DNA of 64,000 nucleotides from Escherichia coli (GTDB lineage Bacteria; Pseudomonadota; Gammaproteobacteria; Enterobacterales; Enterobacteriaceae): NCBI RefSeq assembly GCF_003018255.1, contig NZ_CP027440.1; one strand, 5' to 3'. Shown piece by piece: positions 52,161 to 64,000 of this stretch (position 1 is its first letter; each line of letters starts with the position of its first letter). The notes under the pieces were generated by a model. It saw only the letters and a program-made list of their open reading frames with translations, ran no database searches and was not told where the DNA came from. The position numbers and the translations under genes were made by a program.

Positions 52161-53315
52161 ATGCTGCTGGTTCTGGTGCTGATTGGTCTTAATATGCGAC
52201 CACTGCTCACCTCCGTCGGGCCACTGCTACCGCAATTGCGCCAGGCAAGCGGAATGAGCTTTAGCGTGGCTGCCCTGTTGACCGCTCTGCCGGTGGTTAC
52301 CATGGGCGGGCTGGCGCTGGCCGGAAGCTGGCTTCATCAGCATGTCAGCGAACGTCGCAGCGTCGCCATCAGTTTGTTACTGATTGCCGTCGGTGCATTG
52401 ATGCGTGAGCTTTACCCCCAAAGTGCGCTGCTGCTTAGCAGCGCACTGCTTGGTGGAGTGGGGATCGGCATCATTCAGGCAGTGATGCCTTCGGTAATTA
52501 AGCGGCGGTTTCAGCACCGTACGCCACTGGTGATGGGGCTGTGGTCCGCGGCTCTAATGGGCGGCGGTGGACTTGGTGCCGCCATTACGCCCTGGTTAGT
52601 TCAACATAGCGAAACCTGGTATCAAACACTCGCCTGGTGGGCGCTGCCTGCCGTTGTTGCGCTCTTTGCCTGGTGGTGGCAAAACGCCCGCGAGGTCGCC
52701 TCTTCTCACAAGACAACAACCACTCCGGTTCGCGTGGTATTTACTCCCCGCGCGTGGACGCTGGGTGTTTACTTCGGTCTGATTAACGGTGGTTACGCCA
52801 GCCTGATTGCCTGGTTACCCGCTTTCTATATTGAGATTGGTGCCAGCGCGCAGTACAGCGGTTCCTTGCTGGCGTTGATGACGCTTGGGCAAGCTGCGGG
52901 GGCATTGCTGATGCCTGCTATGGCTCGCCATCAGGATCGGCGCAAACTTTTGATGCTGGCGCTGGCGTTACAACTGGTGGGTTTCTGCGGCTTTATCTGG
53001 CTGCCGCTGCAATTGCCGGTCTTCTGGGCGATGGTGTGTGGGTTAGGTCTGGGCGGCGCATTTCCGCTCTGTTTGCTGCTGGCGCTCGATCACTCTGCGC
53101 AACCGGCTATTGCTGGCAAACTGGTGGCGTTTATGCAGGGGATCGGTTTTATCATCGCCGGGCTTGCCCCGTGGTTTTCTGGTGTGCTGCGTAGTATCAG
53201 CGGCAATTACTTGATGGACTGGGCGTTTCATGCGCTGTGCGTCGTTGGGTTGATGATCATAACCCTGCGTTTTGCACCAGCACGTTTTCCGCAGCTGTGG
53301 GTCAAAGAGGCATGA
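52161..53315 (+). CDS. cynX: MFS-family putative cyanate transporter
   Basis: ORF 52134..53315; ATG at 52161 gives 384 aa; 12-TM MFS protein. Confidence 0.85.
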   Translation: MLLVLVLIGLNMRPLLTSVGPLLPQLRQASGMSFSVAALLTALPVVTMGGLALAGSWLHQHVSERRSVAISLLLIAVGALMRELYPQSALLLSSALLGGVGIGIIQAVMPSVIKRRFQHRTPLVMGLWSAALMGGGGLGAAITPWLVQHSETWYQTLAWWALPAVVALFAWWWQNAREVASSHKTTTTPVRVVFTPRAWTLGVYFGLINGGYASLIAWLPAFYIEIGASAQYSGSLLALMTLGQAAGALLMPAMARHQDRRKLLMLALALQLVGFCGFIWLPLQLPVFWAMVCGLGLGGAFPLCLLLALDHSAQPAIAGKLVAFMQGIGFIIAGLAPWFSGVLRSISGNYLMDWAFHALCVVGLMIITLRFAPARFPQLWVKEA

Positions 53316-53354
53316 TGCGACGCTTGTTCCTGCGCTTTGTTTACGTTGGATGCG

Positions 53355-53415
53355 GCCTACGTAGATCACTGAACTTGTAGGCCTGATAAGCGGAGCGCAT
53401 CAGGCAATTTTTATA
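53355..53415. repeat. REP pair between cynX and lacA
   Basis: GGATGCGGCCTACGTAGATCACTGAACTTGTAGGCCTGATAAGCGGAGCGCATCAGGC. Confidence 0.75.
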
Positions 53416-53417
53416 AT

Positions 53418-54029
53418 TTAAACTGACGATTCAACTTTATAATCTTTGTAATAATAGTGCTTATCCCGGTCGTTTATTTCGCGAATAACCCGGCAAGGAA
53501 CGCCTGCAGCCACGACGTTTGGTGGAATGTCTTTTATGACGACACTACCCGCGCCAATAACAGAATTATCCCCGATGGTGACGCCAGGATTAATGACCAC
53601 ATGACTTCCGATCCAGACGTTATTGCCAATCGTTATCGGAAAAGAGTACATCTCACCGTTTTTTCTCAATTCATGGTGTACAGGGTGTCCCGTAACGGAA
53701 AGAGTAACATTGGGTGCAATCAATACGTTATCACCGATCGTTACCGTGTAGTCGTCTACAATGGTTAAATTGAAATTTGCATAAAAATTGCGGCCTATAT
53801 GGATGTTGGAACCGTAAGAGAAATAGACGGGTGGTTCTACCCAGGCGTTTTCCCCTACCGTGGCAAACATTTCTTTAATCAGGCTTTCTCTTTTTTCAAC
53901 TTCTGATGGATGCGAGTGATTAAACTCATACATTAACGTTTTCCCACGAAGTCTTTTTTCCGGTAAGCCTTCGCACATATCGGTAAATAGCTTGCCTGCT
54001 TTTATTCTTTCGGTCATTGGCATGTTCAT
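53418..54029 (-). CDS. lacA: galactoside O-acetyltransferase (thiogalactoside transacetylase)
   Basis: ORF 53418..54080 (upstream part is REP-encoded); 203 aa from MNMPMTER; hexapeptide-repeat acyltransferase. Confidence 0.9.
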   Translation of the reverse strand: MNMPMTERIKAGKLFTDMCEGLPEKRLRGKTLMYEFNHSHPSEVEKRESLIKEMFATVGENAWVEPPVYFSYGSNIHIGRNFYANFNLTIVDDYTVTIGDNVLIAPNVTLSVTGHPVHHELRKNGEMYSFPITIGNNVWIGSHVVINPGVTIGDNSVIGAGSVVIKDIPPNVVAAGVPCRVIREINDRDKHYYYKDYKVESSV

Positions 54030-54052
54030 TGCGATCATTCCGTCCTGATATG

Positions 54053-54087
54053 TTGGTCGGATAAGGCGCTCGCGCCGCATCCGACAT
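54053..54087. repeat. single REP element in the lacY-lacA intergenic region
   Basis: GGTCGGATAAGGCGCTCGCGCCGCATCCGACA. Confidence 0.75.
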
Positions 54088-54094
54088 TAATTGC

Positions 54095-55393
<1,299 letters not shown>

Positions 55394-55399
55394 TTATTA

Positions 55400-58512
<3,113 letters not shown>

Positions 58513-58518
58513 CCACAC

Positions 58519-58548
58519 AACATACGAGCCGGACGCATAAAGTGTAAA
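58519..58548 (-). promoter_or_regulatory. lac promoter (-35 TTTACA, 18-bp spacer, -10 TATGTT)
   Basis: Minus-strand reading CTTTACACTTTATGCGTCCGGCTCGTATGTTGTGTGG. Confidence 0.9.
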
Positions 58549-58561
58549 GCCTGGGGTGCCT

Positions 58562-58585
58562 AATGAGTGAGCTGACTCACATTAA
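58562..58585. promoter_or_regulatory. CRP (CAP) binding site of the lac promoter
   Basis: TGTGAGTCAGCTCACT core on the lac sense strand (TGTGA-N6-TCAC). Confidence 0.85.
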
Positions 58586-58604
58586 TTGCGTTGCGCTCAC
58601 TGCC
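58584..58604. promoter_or_regulatory. lac auxiliary operator O3
   Basis: GGCAGTGAGCGCAACGCAATT on the lac sense strand, overlapping the lacI stop codon. Confidence 0.85.
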
Positions 58605-59679
58605 CGCTTTCGAGTCGGGAAATTTGTCGCGCCAGCTGCATTAAAGAATCTGCCAACGCCTGGGGAGAAGCGGTTTGCGTATTGGGCGGAAGGGTGGTTT
58701 TTCTTTTCACCAGTGAGACGGGCAACAGCTGATTGCCCTTCACCGCCTGGCCCTGAGAGAGTTGCAGCAAGCGGTCCACGCTGGTTTGCCCCAGCAGGCG
58801 AAAATCCTGTTTGATGGTGGTTAACGGCGGGATATAACACGAGCTGTCTTCGGTATCGTCGTATCCCACTACCGAGATATCCGCACCAACGCGCAGCCCG
58901 GACTCGGTAATGGCGCGCATTGCGCCCAGCGCCATCTGATCGTTGGCAACCAGCATCGCAGTGGGAACGATGCCCTCATTCAGCATTTGCATGGTTTGTT
59001 GAAAACCGGACATGGCACTCCAGTCGCCTTCCCGTTCCGCTATCGGCTGAATTTGATTGCGTGTGAGATATTTATGCCAGCCCGCCAGACGCAGACGCGC
59101 CGAGACAGAACTTAATGGACCTGCTAACAGCGCGATTTGCTGGTGACCCAATGCGACCAGATGCTCCACGCCCAGTCGCGTACCGTCTTCATGGGAGAAA
59201 ATAATACTGTTGATGGGTGTCTGGTCAGAGACATCAAGAAATAAAGCCGGAACATTAGCGCAGGCAGCTTCCACAGCAATGGCATCCTGGTCATCCAGCG
59301 GATAGTTAATGATCAGCCCACTGACGCGTTGCGCGAGAAGATTGTGCACCGCCGCTTTACAGGCTTCGACGCCGCTTCGTTCTACCATCGACACCACCAC
59401 GCTGGCACCCAGTTGATCGGCGCGAGATTTAATCGCCGCGACAATTTGCGACGGCGCGTGCAGGGCCAGACTGGAGGTGGCAACGCCAATCAGCAACGAC
59501 TGCTTGCCCGCCAGTTGTTGTGCCACGCGGTTGGGAATGTAATTCAGCTCCGCCATCGCCGCTTCCACTTTTTCCCGCGTTTTCGCAGAAACGTGGCAGG
59601 CCTGGTTCACCACGCGGGAAACGGTCTGATAAGAGACACCGGCATACTCTGCGACATCGTATAGCGTTACTGGTTTCAC
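58597..59679 (-). CDS. lacI: lactose operon repressor
   Basis: ORF 58597..59688; GTG start at 59679 gives 360 aa (MKPVTLYDVAEYAGVSYQTVSRVVNQA). Confidence 0.95.
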   Translation of the reverse strand: MKPVTLYDVAEYAGVSYQTVSRVVNQACHVSAKTREKVEAAMAELNYIPNRVAQQLAGKQSLLIGVATSSLALHAPSQIVAAIKSRADQLGASVVVSMVERSGVEACKAAVHNLLAQRVSGLIINYPLDDQDAIAVEAACANVPALFLDVSDQTPINSIIFSHEDGTRLGVEHLVALGHQQIALLAGPLSSVSARLRLAGWHKYLTRNQIQPIAEREGDWSAMSGFQQTMQMLNEGIVPTAMLVANDQMALGAMRAITESGLRVGADISVVGYDDTEDSSCYIPPLTTIKQDFRLLGQTSVDRLLQLSQGQAVKGNQLLPVSLVKRKTTLPPNTQTASPQALADSLMQLARQISRLESGQ

Positions 59680-59755
59680 ATTCACCACCCTGAATTGACT
59701 CTCTTCCGGGCGCTATCATGCCATACCACGAAAGGTTTTGCGCCATTCGATGGTG

Positions 59756-60589
59756 TCAACGTAAATGCACGCCGCTTCGCCGTCCGGCCACCAGAATAGC
59801 CTGCGATTCAACCCCTTCTTCGATCTGTTTTGCCACCCGTTGTAGCGCCGGAAGATGCTTTTCCGCTGCCTGTTCAATGGTCATTGCGCTCGCCATATAC
59901 ACCAGATTCAGACAGCCAATCACCCGTTGTTCACTGCGCAGCGGTACGGCAATAGAGGCGATCTTTTCTTCTTGATCCCAGCCGCGGTAGTTCTGTCCGT
60001 ACCCCTCTTTGCGCGCGCGCGCCAGAATGGCTTCCAGCTTTAACGGTTCCCGTGCCAGTTGATAGTCATCACCGGGGCGGGAGGCTAACATCTCGATTAA
60101 TTCCTTGCGTTCTTGTTCCGGGCAAAAGGCCAGCCAGGTCAGGCCCGAGGCGGTTTTCAGAAGCGGTAACCGTCGCCCGACCATTGCCCGGTGAAAAGAT
60201 AAGCGGCTGAAACGATGGGTAGTTTCGCGTACCACCATTGCATCAACATCCAGGGTGGACACATCTGTCGGCCATACCACTTCGCGCAACAGATCGCCCA
60301 GCAGTGGGGCCGCCAGTGCAGAAATCCACTGTTCGTCACGAAATCCTTCGCTTAATTGCCGCACTTTGATGGTCAAACGGAAACTATCATCGGAGGGACT
60401 ACGCCGGACATATCCCTCTTCCTGCAGCGTCTCCAGCAGTCGCCGCACAGTGGTGCGATGCAGGCCGCTGAGTTCCGCCAGCAGCCCGACGCTGGCACCG
60501 CCATCAAGTTTATTTAACATATTTAATAACATTAGACCGCGGGTTAAGCCGCGCACGGTTTTGTATGCCGTCTGCTCATTGTTCTGCAT
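59756..60589 (-). CDS. mhpR: IclR-family activator of the mhp operon
   Basis: ORF 59756..60703; ATG at 60589 gives 277 aa (MQNNEQTAYKTVRGLTRGL). Confidence 0.9.
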   Translation of the reverse strand: MQNNEQTAYKTVRGLTRGLMLLNMLNKLDGGASVGLLAELSGLHRTTVRRLLETLQEEGYVRRSPSDDSFRLTIKVRQLSEGFRDEQWISALAAPLLGDLLREVVWPTDVSTLDVDAMVVRETTHRFSRLSFHRAMVGRRLPLLKTASGLTWLAFCPEQERKELIEMLASRPGDDYQLAREPLKLEAILARARKEGYGQNYRGWDQEEKIASIAVPLRSEQRVIGCLNLVYMASAMTIEQAAEKHLPALQRVAKQIEEGVESQAILVAGRRSGVHLR

Positions 60590-60779
60590 ATTAATTGACA
60601 TTTCTATAGTTAAAACAACGTTGTGCACTTGGTGCACATTCGGGCATGTTTTGATTGTAGCCGAAAACACCCTTCCTATACTGAGCGCACAATAAAAAAT
60701 CATTTACATGTTTTTAACAAAATAAGTTGCGCCGTACTGTGCGCGCAACGGCATTTTGTCCGAGTCGTGAGGTACTGAA

Positions 60780-62444
60780 ATGGCAATACAACATCCTGAC
60801 ATCCAGCCTGCTGTTAACCATAGCGTTCAGGTGGCGATCGCTGGTGCCGGTCCGGTCGGGCTGATGATGGCGAACTATCTCGGCCAGATGGGCATTGACG
60901 TGCTGGTGGTGGAGAAACTCGATAAGTTGATCGACTACCCGCGTGCGATTGGTATTGATGACGAGGCGCTGCGCACCATGCAGTCGGTCGGCCTGGTCGA
61001 TAATGTTCTGCCGCACACTACGCCGTGGCACGCGATGCGTTTTCTCACCCCAAAAGGTCGCTGTTTTGCTGATATTCAGCCAATGACCGATGAATTTGGC
61101 TGGCCGCGCCGTAACGCCTTTATTCAGCCTCAGGTCGATGCGGTGATGCTGGAAGGATTGTCGCGTTTTCCGAATGTGCGCTGCCTGTTTTCCCGCGAGC
61201 TGGAGGCCTTCAGCCAGCAAGATGACGAAGTGACCTTGCACCTGAAAACGGCAGAAGGGCAGCGGGAAACGGTCAAAGCCCAATGGCTGGTGGCCTGTGA
61301 TGGTGGGGCAAGTTTTGTCCGTCGCACCCTGAATGTGCCGTTTGAAGGTAAAACTGCGCCAAATCAGTGGATTGTGGTAGATATCGCCAACGATCCGTTA
61401 AGTACGCCGCATATCTATTTGTGTTGTGATCCGGTGCGCCCGTATGTTTCTGCCGCGCTGCCTCATGCGGTACGTCGCTTTGAATTTATGGTGATGCCGG
61501 GAGAAACCGAAGAACAGCTGCGTGAGCCGCAAAATATGCGCAAGCTGTTAAGCAAAGTGCTGCCTAATCCGGACAATGTTGAATTGATTCGCCAGCGTGT
61601 CTACACCCACAACGCGCGACTGGCGCAACGTTTTCGTATTGATCGCGTACTGCTGGCGGGCGATGCCGCGCACATCATGCCGGTGTGGCAGGGGCAGGGC
61701 TATAACAGTGGTATGCGCGACGCCTTTAACCTCGCATGGAAACTGGCGTTGGTTATCCAGGGGAAAGCCCGCGATGCGCTGCTCGATACCTATCAACAAG
61801 AACGTCGCGATCACGCCAAAGCGATGATTGACCTGTCCGTGACGGCGGGCAACGTGCTGGCTCCGCCGAAACGCTGGCAGGGTACGTTACGTGACGGCGT
61901 TTCCTGGCTGTTGAATTATCTGCCGCCAGTAAAACGCTACTTCCTCGAAATGCGCTTCAAGCCGATGCCGCAATATTACGGCGGTGCGCTGGTGCGTGAG
62001 GGCGAAGCGAAGCACTCTCCGGTCGGCAAGATGTTTATTCAGCCGAAAGTCACGCTGGAAAACGGCGACGTGACGCTGCTCGATAACGCGATCGGCGCGA
62101 ACTTCGCGGTAATTGGCTGGGGATGCAATCCACTGTGGGGGATGAGCGACGAGCAAATCCAGCAGTGGCGCGCGTTGGGCACACGCTTCATTCAGGTGGT
62201 GCCGGAAGTGCAAATTCATACCGCACAGGATAACCACGACGGCGTACTACGCGTGGGCGATACGCAAGGTCGCCTGCGTAGCTGGTTCGCGCAACACAAT
62301 GCTTCGCTGGTGGTGATGCGCCCGGATCGCTTTGTTGCCGCCACCGCCATTCCGCAAACTCTGGGTAATACGCTGAATAAACTGGCGTCGGTAATGACGC
62401 TGACCCGCCCTGATGCCGACGTTTCTGTCGAAAAGGTAGCCTGA
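60780..62444 (+). CDS. mhpA: 3-(3-hydroxyphenyl)propionate hydroxylase (FAD monooxygenase)
   Basis: 554 aa; N-terminal FAD fold ([14 protein letters not shown]). Confidence 0.9.
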   Translation: MAIQHPDIQPAVNHSVQVAIAGAGPVGLMMANYLGQMGIDVLVVEKLDKLIDYPRAIGIDDEALRTMQSVGLVDNVLPHTTPWHAMRFLTPKGRCFADIQPMTDEFGWPRRNAFIQPQVDAVMLEGLSRFPNVRCLFSRELEAFSQQDDEVTLHLKTAEGQRETVKAQWLVACDGGASFVRRTLNVPFEGKTAPNQWIVVDIANDPLSTPHIYLCCDPVRPYVSAALPHAVRRFEFMVMPGETEEQLREPQNMRKLLSKVLPNPDNVELIRQRVYTHNARLAQRFRIDRVLLAGDAAHIMPVWQGQGYNSGMRDAFNLAWKLALVIQGKARDALLDTYQQERRDHAKAMIDLSVTAGNVLAPPKRWQGTLRDGVSWLLNYLPPVKRYFLEMRFKPMPQYYGGALVREGEAKHSPVGKMFIQPKVTLENGDVTLLDNAIGANFAVIGWGCNPLWGMSDEQIQQWRALGTRFIQVVPEVQIHTAQDNHDGVLRVGDTQGRLRSWFAQHNASLVVMRPDRFVAATAIPQTLGNTLNKLASVMTLTRPDADVSVEKVA

Positions 62445-62445
62445 T

Positions 62446-63390
62446 ATGCACGCTTATCTTCACTGTCTTTCCCACTCGCCGCTGGTGGGATATGTCGACC
62501 CGGCGCAAGAGGTGCTCGATGAGGTCAATGGCGTGATTGCCAGCGCCCGCGAGCGTATTGCGGCTTTCTCCCCTGAGTTGGTGGTGCTGTTTGCGCCAGA
62601 TCACTACAACGGCTTTTTCTATGACGTGATGCCACCGTTCTGTTTAGGCGTTGGAGCGACGGCAATTGGTGATTTCGGTAGTGCGGCAGGAGAGCTGCCC
62701 GTGCCTGTTGAGCTGGCGGAGGCCTGTGCGCATGCCGTCATGAAGAGCGGAATCGATCTTGCCGTTTCTTACTGTATGCAGGTGGACCACGGGTTCGCCC
62801 AGCCGCTGGAGTTCCTGCTCGGTGGGCTGGATAAGGTGCCGGTTCTGCCTGTGTTCATCAACGGTGTCGCCACGCCGTTGCCCGGTTTCCAGCGTACCCG
62901 CATGTTGGGGGAAGCCATTGGACGTTTCACCAGTACTCTCAATAAACGCGTGCTGTTCCTGGGTTCCGGTGGGCTTTCCCATCAGCCGCCGGTGCCAGAA
63001 CTGGCGAAAGCCGATGCCCATATGCGCGACCGTCTGTTGGGGAGCGGGAAAGATTTACCCGCCAGTGAGCGCGAATTGCGTCAGCAACGGGTGATTAGCG
63101 CCGCTGAGAAGTTTGTTGAGGATCAGAGAACGCTGCATCCGCTCAACCCGATTTGGGATAACCAGTTCATGACTTTGCTGGAGCAGGGACGCATACAGGA
63201 ACTGGATGCCGTCAGTAACGAAGAGCTTTCCGCCATTGCCGGAAAGTCGACACATGAAATCAAAACCTGGGTCGCCGCTTTTGCCGCTATTTCTGCGTTT
63301 GGCAACTGGCGTAGCGAAGGGCGTTATTACCGCCCAATCCCGGAGTGGATTGCCGGATTTGGCTCGTTAAGCGCCAGAACAGAGAACTGA
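62446..63390 (+). CDS. mhpB: 2,3-dihydroxyphenylpropionate 1,2-dioxygenase (extradiol)
   Basis: 314 aa, starts 2 nt after the mhpA stop. Confidence 0.9.
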
Positions 63391-63407
63391 ATATGCAGGA
63401 GAAGATG

Positions 63408-64000
63408 ATGAGTTATCAGCCACAAACCGAAGCCGCCACCAGCCGTTTTCTGAATGTAGAAGAAGCGGGTAAAACGCTGCGCATCCATTTTAATGACTGC
63501 GGACAAGGCGACGAAACTGTTGTCCTGCTGCATGGTTCCGGCCCGGGTGCTACTGGCTGGGCGAACTTCAGCCGCAATATCGATCCGCTGGTAAAGGCGG
63601 GCTATCGGGTGATCCTGCTGGATTGTCCGGGTTGGGGTAAGAGCGATTCGATCGTTAATAGTGGTTCACGATCGGATCTTAATGCGCGAATCCTGAAAAG
63701 CGTGGTGGATCAACTGGATATCGCCAAAATCCACCTGCTGGGCAACTCGATGGGCGGCCACAGTTCTGTGGCGTTCACCCTTAACTGGCCGGAGCGCGTC
63801 GGCAAACTGGTGCTGATGGGCGGCGGTACGGGCGGCATGAGTTTGTTTACGCCGATGCCAACCGAAGGTATTAAGCGACTGAATCAGCTTTATCGTCAGC
63901 CGACTATCGAAAACCTGAAGCTGATGATGGATATCTTCGTTTTTGATACCAGCGATTTGACCGACGCCCTGTTTGAAGCGCGCCTGAATAATATGCTGTC
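63408..64000 (+). CDS. mhpC: 2-hydroxy-6-ketonona-2,4-dienedioate hydrolase (alpha/beta hydrolase), 3' end beyond window
   Basis: ATG at 63408 after AGGAGA; [14 protein letters not shown]...; nucleophile elbow GNSMGG; no stop before 64000. Confidence 0.85.
   Translation, partial: MSYQPQTEAATSRFLNVEEAGKTLRIHFNDCGQGDETVVLLHGSGPGATGWANFSRNIDPLVKAGYRVILLDCPGWGKSDSIVNSGSRSDLNARILKSVVDQLDIAKIHLLGNSMGGHSSVAFTLNWPERVGKLVLMGGGTGGMSLFTPMPTEGIKRLNQLYRQPTIENLKLMMDIFVFDTSDLTDALFEARLNNML

Overview
This window reads as an Escherichia coli chromosomal segment with the gene order rclCBA-rclR, ykgEFGH, betABIT, pdeL(yahA), yahBCDEFGIJ, yahK, yahMNO, prpR-prpBCDE, codBA, cynR-cynTSX, lacAYZI, mhpR-mhpABC (mhpC cut by the window end). 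Gene identities come from reading the translated ORFs and from recalled knowledge of these families; no database search was run. Two blocks are not part of the K-12 gene order as I recall it. (1) About 7.8-13.6 kb, between ykgH and betA: an AIDA-I-type autotransporter, two LuxR-type regulators, a FimB/FimE-family tyrosine recombinase and, between recombinase and regulator, a ~270-bp AT-rich segment flanked by perfect 12-bp inverted repeats. I read this as a candidate recombinase-driven invertible promoter switch (fimS / hyxR / ipuS paradigm) and it is the most interesting system in the window. (2) About 30.8-36.3 kb, between yahJ and yahK: a four-gene CUT2-type sugar ABC importer plus a small PUA/ASCH-like protein, with no cognate regulator or kinase. 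yahL appears absent. Also present: several tandem REP/BIME arrays that generate spurious ORFs, a canonical sigma54 promoter for prpBCDE, and the complete lac control region (O1, O2, O3, CRP site, promoter). No rRNA, tRNA, CRISPR array or transposase gene was recognised.
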